NCBI GenBank assembly: GCA_030390025.1
Contig: CM059432.1
Location: 58,220,001-58,284,000 of the forward strand
Reading direction: 5' to 3'
Source: Squalus acanthias
Taxonomy: Eukaryota
DNA length: 64,000 nt
Shown: positions 51,150 to 60,429 of the stretch, piece by piece
Layout of the letters: the number at the start of each line of letters is the position of its first letter
Numbering within the stretch: the stretch's first letter is position 1
The notes under the pieces: model-generated
Seen by the model: the letters and a program-made list of their open reading frames with translations, nothing else
Told to the model about the DNA's origin: nothing
Database searches by the model: none
Program-made: the position numbers and the translations under genes

Positions 51150-51565
51150 CCCATATCCTAACTTGCACCAAGTCCTGTTCAGCCATCATCCCTGTGCTCA
51201 CAGATCTACAATGCCTCGGTTTTAAAATTTTCATCCTCATGTTAAAATCTCCATTGTCTCGCCCCTCCCTATCTCTGTAACCTCCTCCAGCCCTACAACC
51301 CTCCGAGAACATTGCATTCCTCCAATTCTGGCCTCTTGTGCATTCCCCACTTCCTTACCTCCACCACTGGCGGCTGTGCCTTCAGCCGTCTAAGCCTTAA
51401 GCGCTGGAATTCCTTCCCTAAACCTCACTGCTTCACCACCTCTCCACCACTCCTCCTTTAAGAAGCTCCTTAAACCTCACCTCTTTGAACAAGCTTTTGG
51501 TCATTGGTCCTAATGTCTCGTGTTTTGGCTCGGTGTCAGTTTTTGTCTAATTATGTTCCTGTGAA
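51150..51565 (+). mobile_element. L2 LINE 3' fragment
   Basis: PVLTDL, FKIFILM, APPYLCNLLQPY and WNSFP-coding segments typical of the L2 C-terminus. Confidence 0.75.
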
Positions 51566-53879
51566 AAATAACTCTGGAGTTTTTCCCTTATACCTAGGAG
51601 ATAATTTTTACTTCTTCTCATCAGAGCTAAGTCTGAAGTCCAGTCCCTCTCATCCACTTAACTGGAGGTAAAGGCTGCCTGCATAGCGAGACAAACAGAT
51701 AAAGATAATCTAAAAGAGAAGGAAGATATTGCATGCATTTATTAATTTGCCCCTATTCTAGCTCTAAAAAGATTGATTGAACAATATTACAGATGCAATA
51801 TATATAATTACATTTTTTTTCCTTATGCCGTCATTTCTGCAAAATGAAAACTGCTGTAAATATTAAGGATTTCAATTATTGTCTCTTTCAATTTGCCTGA
51901 CCAAAAGTGACCTATAGTGACAATAGTAGGATTTGACATCACTTTCCTCAGGAGAACATTTAAGAACATATTACAATTAAATCATTACAAAAGAGGCGAG
52001 TCACTCTTTGCTGTGACTAATGCTCCACATTTATTGAGATGGATTATATTTTCATTTGCATATGACTGGTGTCACATAAAGTTATGATAAAGTCTGCGTA
52101 TGGATGACAGAGCTGGGTACATATCAATATGTAACAGTATTGACAGTGATAAAATGACATTTTAATTAAATAATGGAGACCTGTAGGATATAATTAGAAA
52201 TCTTGAAGAAAATCACGTCATTTGGGAAGTGGTAATGAAAGGTGTGACAATAATTGTAATCCATTGTGATATTATAAGGGAATGCTTTTTGTGAAAATCT
52301 ATCCACATTGAAGTATCAATCGTACTGAAGCTGACCCTTCCAAGAACTGGGGGTGAATTTTTTCACTATTTTTGGTGTACTTCCTGTGCATAATCCAGGC
52401 AAATAAATTTTTAAGGCGGGAAAATTGGGAAGAAACCGTTTCATGGGTTGGATCTTTCTCCGGTCTAGCATGCTGTATGATTGTTCCATTTAATGCATAT
52501 TCCCTCCTTTAGTTCCTTGCTTCCATGATAATGATTTTAGGCTGATCTCCACTGAACGGCATCTGCCATGTAACATCTGTAACAAAGTGTAATGTCTGGA
52601 GTGTGACATCTGGGTATATTGGCCATGTGGTGGATTTCACTGATTTATGTCAATTGTAAGAATTATTTTTTTTCAGGGAATTGAAAGGTCAAGTATTGGG
52701 AATGAACTAATTAGACTAGATTTTCTGACCTGCATTAAAATCGCACAGCTCAGAAAATCTTGGGGGTGGGGTGGGTGGTAATTGTCACATGATCCGCCCA
52801 GGATCGGATCAGCTGCCTGTAAGCCTGCATTTAAAATGAAACAGACTAACCAAGCTGAATTTGATGCAAGAGAGCCATTTGTTTGTTTTACACCATTTTA
52901 TACTGAAATGTTATTCTCCTTAGATCTATGGAGATCATTTCAATGAAAGGAATGCTCTGAAATGAAAGACATTTAAAATATAGGAATAGTAAAAATGTGA
53001 AGTTAACCACAACACAGTGTGTTTGATATGCTGAGGAGGATTCTTTCTGGGCCATGAGGTTACAGAGGTGCGGTGTGTCAGTTAAGACTGGAATGAAATC
53101 TCAAATCTCTTAGTCAGAAGCAAGTATCCCAACTCTATATCTGCCCTATGTTGTACTTATTTAATTCAAAACTGGCATAACTTGGCTGGGAAGCTCACAG
53201 AGGCACAAGGGAAAACATACCGCTTTGGATACTTTGAGGACAGTCTTCTGTCAGTGTAAAATTACTTTTGTGTCTAGGCAAATTAAATATTATTTGACTA
53301 GCATGAAATGAAATTTTAATGCGTCACTGACATGTTGAAATGCCTCAGAGCGAAGCTGACTTGTGATTAAGTTTTTCATGTAATACTTGACAAAGATGGC
53401 CTTATTAATGTCTATCAGTTTATGCACACAGAAATTTGAATCTCAATAGCAAAAATAATTTGAATGGGTTTCAGCTCTACAGGCATGGTAAATGATTCTT
53501 GAATGGCAATGGATGTGGCCATAGAGAATTGTGAGTAGTAAGGATTAATTGTTCAACTGAAAAAATATTTTCATTTTCTTTTAACTTTTCCCCCTCTTTT
53601 TCAGTTCCCTCTCCTCCATATCAAAAGCCTTTTGTAACCAAAACAGCAGGATACAGGCCTCTGCCAATTCTGCTGCATAACCAGCCACCAAGAGATACAC
53701 AAGGTACTGTTTTCTACTTTGTTGAGAGTCAAGACTATTCAACTTTTAATTCAGAAGTGTTCAGTGAGCCGTTTATGGTAGAGATAACGTGACTTTTGTT
53801 CTGTGCTTATTAGAAAATTTAACTACTGCACTGTTTACAATACCTTTCTTTTCTATAGCAACAGTGATAAAGAGATAAC

Positions 53880-54022
53880 AGCACTGTGGGAGTACCTTCA
53901 CCACACGGACTGCAGCGGTTTAAGAGGGCGGCTCACCACCATCTTCGCAGGGCAACTGGGGATGTGCAATAAATGCCAGCCTTGCTAGCGATGCTCACAT
54001 GCCAAGAATGAATATTAAAACA
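53880..54022 (+). repeat. LINE/SINE 3' tail fragment
   Basis: Homologous to 36289-36464 and 19380-19500. Confidence 0.7.
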
Positions 54023-54639
54023 AATACTGCCCAGGTTCAGGAAAAGAGGCAGAATAGTTCAGAAAAGGGTAGCTTAGTGGTCACAATGACCCTCCATCTG
54101 ATTATCCCCTTTTGTTGTTTGTGCTACGAATAGTGTGGAAATAATGGTAGAAACTCGTCTTAGTTCTGCTACAAAGTTGCCAACTGTCCACTTTAGGAGC
54201 AGACATCAACTTTTGTGGCCTCCATTGTGCGATACCTCCGTAAACAGGTTTTCTGGGTCTGACTGAACTCGCCCCATGAAGTATAGTGACTCGCATCTCC
54301 TCCATGTGTGCTGAAATATGTCACGCGTGTGCAGAAGAGGCGAATCACTATGCTTTATGAGGCTAGTTCAGCCAAAGCGAGACATACTGCTTGGGCGCTG
54401 CCACAGGAACAGTATGAGTGGGGGGTTAGCAGGCATGGAATCATGTTTGGAAATTTGGAACAGCTCAGAGAAACTATTAAAAATAAATCATTTATAGTGC
54501 CATTTGCAATACTCTGAATTATTACTGACACAAATTCTATGGGGAATTTTGGGGGCAATTTGCTGCAAGACAGTTTTAGATGATTAATATATTTACATAT
54601 TATGCATAATCAGACCTATTTGCATTGGACTTTCAACCT

Positions 54640-54885
54640 AGATAATGCGGATTCAAGCACTACTCCAGAACATCAGCACTGAGGGAGTGCGGCATTGCCA
54701 GAGGTACTATCCTTCGGATGAGATATTAGCCTCCTTATTCAGGTGGTTCAGGTAGACTGTTAAGAAACCTATGGCATTACCCAAAGAAAAGCAGGGTGTT
54801 CTCCTAGTATCCGGGCCAATATTCCTTCCTCAAACAACACCACCAAAAAAAAAACCCAGATTAACTGGTATTCATCTCTTTGCTA
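54640..54885 (+). repeat. Decayed DeuSINE fragment
   Basis: Aligns by eye to 28374-28550. Confidence 0.65.
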
Positions 54886-54931
54886 CAGAACAACAGTTAG
54901 TGAACTGCAAAGTAAATCATTGTACACAAGG

Positions 54932-55125
54932 TGTGGTAACACAATACAGCTTCCTGTGACTCGAACTTTATTGCATCACTTCCTGTGATTAGTCCAGGAT
55001 AAATACTGGACTGAGCAGTTGGATCCTGGAGAGGCATAGAGTAAGACCTCTTTTGTATGTAGCACCTTTTTAGTTGATTAAAGCTTACTTTAAGTTCACC
55101 ACGCGTAAGGCTCATTCTTACGACA
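54932..55125 (+). repeat. 5' LTR
   Basis: Identical to 59167-59360; GATAAATA at 54998-55005; ATTAAA at 55077-55082. Confidence 0.97.
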
Positions 55126-55126
55126 A

Positions 55127-55137
55127 TTTAATCAACT
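55127..55137 (+). promoter_or_regulatory. Putative non-tRNA (self-priming) primer binding site
   Basis: TTTAATCAACT lies 1 nt after the LTR and is the exact reverse complement of LTR 55072-55082 AGTTGATTAAA; no TGG start. Confidence 0.65.
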
Positions 55138-55203
55138 TTGAAAAACTTCGCACTCAAACTTTTTGGACGAACTCGGAACTAAGGATCCGGGGAATCACCC
55201 ATC

Positions 55204-58200
55204 ATGGAAAACATCCTTAAACCATCGCGTCTTGACTTGGACCCAAACACCCCAGCAGCAGGTAAGGTGTGGAAACACTGGTATCGCACGTTTGACAATT
55301 TTCTCGAATATTGCAAGGCTGATGATGACACAAAGTTGCGGATACTCATCAACTGTGTCACTCCGAATGTATTTCAGTATGTTGAGGAATGGGGCAGTTA
55401 CGAGGAGGCAATTCGGACGCTTAAAAGACTATATACTAAGACACCGAATGAGGTCTATGCCAGACATCTACTAGCTACAGCCCAACAAGGGCCGGAGGAA
55501 TCCATTGATAAATTCCTCCAAGAGCTTCGCAGACTTAGTATGGACTGTAACTTTCAGGCGGCCTCAGCTGAGCTGTACCGTGAAGAAATGATCCGTGATG
55601 CTTTCATCTGCGGGCTTGCCTCCCCATTTATACGCCAGCGTCTACTGGAAAGTAAGACACTTGAGCTTCAGAGAGCTTATGACATGGCTTGCTCTCTAGA
55701 TCTGGCAAAAAGCAATGCAGACCTTTATACAGTGCCCAGACCTCGGTCTGCTGCCTTAACTACAGTCAGGCAATTTAAGAGGCCACAGGTGAACTCTATT
55801 AGGGAGGACTTTATCCCTGACGATCAATCTGATGACTTCACTGATGAAGAGGATGATGACCCCACTGTGGCAGCCTCTTGGCAATCTAAGAAATGCTTCT
55901 TTTGTGGTGATGAGTTTCACCCTCGGAAATTCTGCCCTGCTCGCAATGCGTTTTGCAGTCATTGCGACAAAAAGGGTCATTTTGCAAAGGTTTGCCTATC
56001 AAGAGCCTCTACGAGGGCTTATCAAGCTAAGTCCTACCGACGGGGCAATCAAGATGTTCCGGCTAAAATCTATCGTGCTTCCTCTCGGGTTTTCTCTCGA
56101 AGAAACACACCTAGAGTTTCAGCCACTCTTTGTGCAACGACACCAATTACAGCTGCTTGTCCTCAGAACCTATTCCATGCAGCTACAAAAGCATCAATTA
56201 ATGGACATACTTTAGATGCCTTAATTGACTCAGGTAGCACTGATAGTTTCATTAGGGAACAGATTGTTGCAGAGTTAAAGCTACATGTTTTCCCATCGGA
56301 CCAGGCAATTGCGATGGCTCAGTCATCACTTAATACCAGAATTTCTGGCTTTTGTATGGTTGAAATAACACTTAATGGTCACAGGTATCCCTCCACCCGG
56401 CTTTCGGTGCTCAAGGACTTATGTAGTGATCTTATCTTAGGGCTGGATTTTCAAAAGCAGCATAAGAAGCTCACCATTGAGTTCGGCGGATCCAAACCTG
56501 AACTCACTATTTCTAATATACGACCTCGATTACCGTTCTGTGCATTGTCAGCAGCTTCACTGGATGAACCCTCACTGTTTACCAGTATCCCTCCTCGATG
56601 CAAACCGATTATAACAAAGTCACGACGTTTCAGTCAGGAAGACCAGTCTTTTATTGCGGCTGAGATTTCTCGGCTTTTAGCAGAGGATATCATCGAGCCT
56701 TGTTCGTCGCCATGGCGCGCCCAGGTCGTTATTGTTAAGAACCCTCTACAACCTCACAAGAAACGGCTGTGCATTGACTATTCACAGACCATCAATCAAT
56801 ATACGGACTTGGACGCATACCCATTGCCGCGCATCGATGATATGGTTAATAAACTGGCTGAGTACACGGTGTTCTCAACATATGATCTGAAAAGTGCCTA
56901 TCATCAGGTACCCTTGAAGGTCTCAGACAAGCAGTATACGGCCTTTGAAGCCAATGGACGGCTGTATCAATTTCGTCGCCTCCCCTTTGGGGTCACTAAT
57001 GGAGTGGCTGTCTTCCAGCGAGCAATGGATGACCTGGTCAAACAGGAAGACTTAAAGGATACGTTTCCTTATCTGGACAATATTACTGTCGCAGGTCGCA
57101 ATCAGCGGGAACATGACGCCAATCTCCAACGATTTTGGGATGCACTCCAGCACCGTAATTTGACATTAAATGCGGCTAAATCCATTGAGTCACAACCAAC
57201 CATCAACATCCTTGGCTATTGTGTGGGCAATGGCATCATTAAACCTGACCCTGAAAGGCTTCGCCCACTCCAAGAGCTCCCGCCACCTAAGAATCCGGCC
57301 TCCTTGCGCCGGGCCCTCGGCCTGTTTGCATACTATGCTAAATGGATTCCTAACTTCTCGGACCGAATCCAACCTCTACTGAAGGCCAGCACATTCCCAC
57401 TAGACACAGCGGCTGTTGCAGCCTTTAACCTCCTGAAAAAACAGTTGGAGAAAGCGGCTCTTCACTCCATCGATGAGAGTCTTCCTTTTGTTGTTGAGTG
57501 TGATGCCTCGGAGGTAGCGATCTCGGCCACTCTGAATCAGGAAGGTCGTCCGGTGGCATTTTTGTCCAGGACTTTTCAAGGGGCTGAGCTACATTATCCT
57601 CCAGTCGAGAAAGAAGCTACAGCCATCATAGAGGCAGTACGGAAGTGGACTCATCTCCTAGCTCGCCAGCACTTTACCTTAATCACGGACCAGCGATCGG
57701 TCGCCTTCATGCTCGATAATCGAAAACGGACCAAAATTAAAAATAATAAAATCCAGCTTTGGCGGCTGGAATTGGCCTCTTTTGGTTACACCATCCACTA
57801 TCGACCTGGCAAGGAGAATGTGGCTCCGGATACCCTCACACGAGCATTCTGCTCCGCCATGGCACCCTCTACGCTCGTAGACATCCATGATGGGTTGTGT
57901 CATCCGGGCGTTACTCGCATGCTACACTTCGTGCGGTCCCGAAATCTCCCATTCTCTACCGGGGATGTAAAGAAGATGTGCTCGGACTGCAGAGTCTGTG
58001 CGGAATTGAAACCTCAGTTTTTCCGCCCCTCGGGTGGTATACTCATACATGCGACCCAGCCAATGCAACGGCTTAGCATCGATTTTAAGGGGCCGTTGCC
58101 CTCTTCAACTCGCAACACTTATCTATTGACCATGGTCGATGAGTATTCCCGTTTTCCGTTTGCCTTTCCCTGCCCCAATATGCTGACGACCACGGTTATC

Positions 58201-59148
58201 AGCTGCCTTGAGCAGGTATTTGCTTTCTGTGGCATGGCATCCTATGTTCATTCGGATCGGGGCCCTTCTTTTATGTCAGGAGAACTCAAGGCCTATCTCT
58301 CGGAACGGGGTATTGCTGCCAGCAGAACGACGCCTTATCATCCGGTCGGGAATGGGCAAGTCGAGCGTTTTAACGCTATCATCTGGAATGCGGTACGTCT
58401 GGCTTTGAGATCTCGGGGCCTACCCAACCAGCAATGGGAAGCAGTACTTCCAGACGCATTACACTCCACACGGTCCCTCCTTTCGACCGCCACAAATACG
58501 ACGCCTCATGAACGGTTCTTCCGATTTCAGCGTCGCTCATCCTATGGGATATCTCTCCCGTCGTGGCTGACTGCACCGGGACCAGTGCTACTCCGAAGAT
58601 ATGTCCGGGCGTCTAAGAATGACCCCCTGGTAGATGAGGTTGAGCTCACTGACGTCAACCCTACCTACGCCTATATTCGGTATCCTGACGGTCGGGAATC
58701 TACCATGTCATTGCGGGATCTGGCTCCCTGCCCGCCGAAACATAGAGGGACACCAGGGGATGATATTGTACCAGGCACATCTCTGGGCTCGCCAGGTGCC
58801 TCTCATCACGATCTGGATCTGACGCCGGCTGGTACCTCACTCCAGCGTGCTGACCTGGGGCAGACTGACTATGAGCCCGTCGGGGCTCGCACGCGCAGCC
58901 ACGATCCACCCCGTACCATACGCTCGGAAACGGATCTGCCACAGCCCTGCCCGACACCCGTTCGGGCACCAGTACACAGTCAGGATCGTCCTGACCCCTC
59001 ACAGAGCGGGCTGGATCACTCGGACTCTGGTCCACGGCCCGCGGCGGGTAAACGGGCTAGGGGCCCTCTACCGCTACGAGAACCCAAACGGGTGCGGCTC
59101 TCCCTCGTCCGGCGGCTACGAAATGGAGGGAGCATCCCGGCCTCCTAA
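55204..59148 (+). CDS. Gag-Pol polyprotein (Gag with two CCHC knuckles, protease, RT, RNase H, integrase), 1314 aa
   Basis: CFFCGDEFHPRKFC and CSHCDKKGHFAKVC; LIDSGS; RLCIDY, YPLPRID, DLKSAYHQ, LPFG, YLDN; VECDAS; H..H..C..C, IDFKGP, HSDRG, GQVERFN. PR-RT-RH-IN order. Confidence 0.97.
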   Translation: MENILKPSRLDLDPNTPAAGKVWKHWYRTFDNFLEYCKADDDTKLRILINCVTPNVFQYVEEWGSYEEAIRTLKRLYTKTPNEVYARHLLATAQQGPEESIDKFLQELRRLSMDCNFQAASAELYREEMIRDAFICGLASPFIRQRLLESKTLELQRAYDMACSLDLAKSNADLYTVPRPRSAALTTVRQFKRPQVNSIREDFIPDDQSDDFTDEEDDDPTVAASWQSKKCFFCGDEFHPRKFCPARNAFCSHCDKKGHFAKVCLSRASTRAYQAKSYRRGNQDVPAKIYRASSRVFSRRNTPRVSATLCATTPITAACPQNLFHAATKASINGHTLDALIDSGSTDSFIREQIVAELKLHVFPSDQAIAMAQSSLNTRISGFCMVEITLNGHRYPSTRLSVLKDLCSDLILGLDFQKQHKKLTIEFGGSKPELTISNIRPRLPFCALSAASLDEPSLFTSIPPRCKPIITKSRRFSQEDQSFIAAEISRLLAEDIIEPCSSPWRAQVVIVKNPLQPHKKRLCIDYSQTINQYTDLDAYPLPRIDDMVNKLAEYTVFSTYDLKSAYHQVPLKVSDKQYTAFEANGRLYQFRRLPFGVTNGVAVFQRAMDDLVKQEDLKDTFPYLDNITVAGRNQREHDANLQRFWDALQHRNLTLNAAKSIESQPTINILGYCVGNGIIKPDPERLRPLQELPPPKNPASLRRALGLFAYYAKWIPNFSDRIQPLLKASTFPLDTAAVAAFNLLKKQLEKAALHSIDESLPFVVECDASEVAISATLNQEGRPVAFLSRTFQGAELHYPPVEKEATAIIEAVRKWTHLLARQHFTLITDQRSVAFMLDNRKRTKIKNNKIQLWRLELASFGYTIHYRPGKENVAPDTLTRAFCSAMAPSTLVDIHDGLCHPGVTRMLHFVRSRNLPFSTGDVKKMCSDCRVCAELKPQFFRPSGGILIHATQPMQRLSIDFKGPLPSSTRNTYLLTMVDEYSRFPFAFPCPNMLTTTVISCLEQVFAFCGMASYVHSDRGPSFMSGELKAYLSERGIAASRTTPYHPVGNGQVERFNAIIWNAVRLALRSRGLPNQQWEAVLPDALHSTRSLLSTATNTTPHERFFRFQRRSSYGISLPSWLTAPGPVLLRRYVRASKNDPLVDEVELTDVNPTYAYIRYPDGRESTMSLRDLAPCPPKHRGTPGDDIVPGTSLGSPGASHHDLDLTPAGTSLQRADLGQTDYEPVGARTRSHDPPRTIRSETDLPQPCPTPVRAPVHSQDRPDPSQSGLDHSDSGPRPAAGKRARGPLPLREPKRVRLSLVRRLRNGGSIPAS

Positions 59149-59154
59149 TCTTTT

Positions 59155-59166
59155 GGGGGGGGAGAA
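59155..59166 (+). promoter_or_regulatory. Polypurine tract
   Basis: GGGGGGGGAGAA abuts the 3' LTR and is preceded by TTTT. Confidence 0.9.
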
Positions 59167-59360
59167 TGTGGTAACACAATACAGCTTCCTGTGACTCGAA
59201 CTTTATTGCATCACTTCCTGTGATTAGTCCAGGATAAATACTGGACTGAGCAGTTGGATCCTGGAGAGGCATAGAGTAAGACCTCTTTTGTATGTAGCAC
59301 CTTTTTAGTTGATTAAAGCTTACTTTAAGTTCACCACGCGTAAGGCTCATTCTTACGACA
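59167..59360 (+). repeat. 3' LTR
   Basis: Identical to 54932-55125. Confidence 0.97.
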
Positions 59361-59739
59361 CAAGGCATCTGCGATGTTTCTGAGAAATGTGTTGCTTTCA
59401 TAGATCTTGACCACTTACCACACTGGGAAAAAGAGAGAAAAATCTTGGGGCCTTGTGTTCTAGTTTCTGGAGAACACTAAATTATTTTTTAAATGTTGTA
59501 ATCCACTGGTAAACAGTTAGTCTAGACCTATCAAGAAAGGCTAGGTCTACTCCACACATGCCAACCATCTACTTTTTGCATTGACATCAGTATTTTGGAC
59601 TTCTACTCACACTGTCCATGCTTGTAGACTGAAATCAGCAAATAGCCGAATACATGTTCCCCCCCTCCCCCTCCTCCACCATGTCCCACTCTGCCCAAGT
59701 CCAGTGGTTAATGCATCACACTGACCAGCTTGAGAGGCA

Positions 59740-60429
59740 GGCTGGCTGCAGTTGGGTCGGCCTCAGTTGCGAGGGGTCGGTCCGGGGGAGGGATCGCGGG
59801 AGGGGGGTCAGCAATCGGTGGGGATGGGAGGGGTCTGGAATCGGCGAGGGGGGGAGTCGGGAATTGTGGGGGGGGAGAGAGGATCGGTTGCAGGATTGGC
59901 AGGTGATCGGGGAGGATGGGGATCGGCAGGTGATGGGGGGTGGTCGGAGGTCGGGGATCGGCAGGCAAGCGAGGATCACGGGGGAGATCGGGGATTGCGG
60001 GGTGGGGGGGGAAATCGGGGATCGCAGTGGGGGTCGGCCAGGGATCGGGGGTGGGGGTTTGAGGATCTGCAGGGGGGCCGGAGGATCGTGGCCGGCCTCA
60101 GCATCATCATTGGGGGGGGATGGAGGCTGAGGCCTGGGTTGGGGGAGGCCTGGGAATCCGATCAGAGGCCTCGTGGGGGAGGTCTCCAATCACGGGGGGT
60201 GGGTGTGGTCGGGACCCTGGATCCAGGAGGTAGGTATAAAGCCACTTACCTCCTGGATCCAGCAGTCCCCGCCTCGGTTTAACTGCCAGGTTTCACGAAT
60301 TGTGTGAAACCCGTCCCCAGGCAGTTAAATTGGAAGTGTGCGGGTTGGAGGTCGGGAATCCCACTTTTAACACTTTACCTGCCCCCACGCTCTAAACCCA
60401 CCCTTTTTTTGATGGGAAAATTCTGGCCA
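59740..60429. mobile_element. Harbinger-type MITE remnant with a G-rich degenerate (GGGGATCG)n tract
   Basis: Extreme G skew 59760-60230; TIR-like GAAAATTCTGGCC ends near 60428. Confidence 0.55.

Larger units (their letters stand above)
54932..59360 (+). mobile_element. Intact Gypsy/Ty3 LTR retrotransposon (4429 bp)
   Basis: Identical 194-bp TG...CA LTRs, 5-bp TSD CAAGG (54927-54931, 59361-59365), PPT, single open gag-pol. Confidence 0.98.

Noticed and set aside
59654..60282. Gly-rich and Pro-rich ORFs on both strands
   Set aside because: Low-complexity G-rich repeat lacking stop codons.
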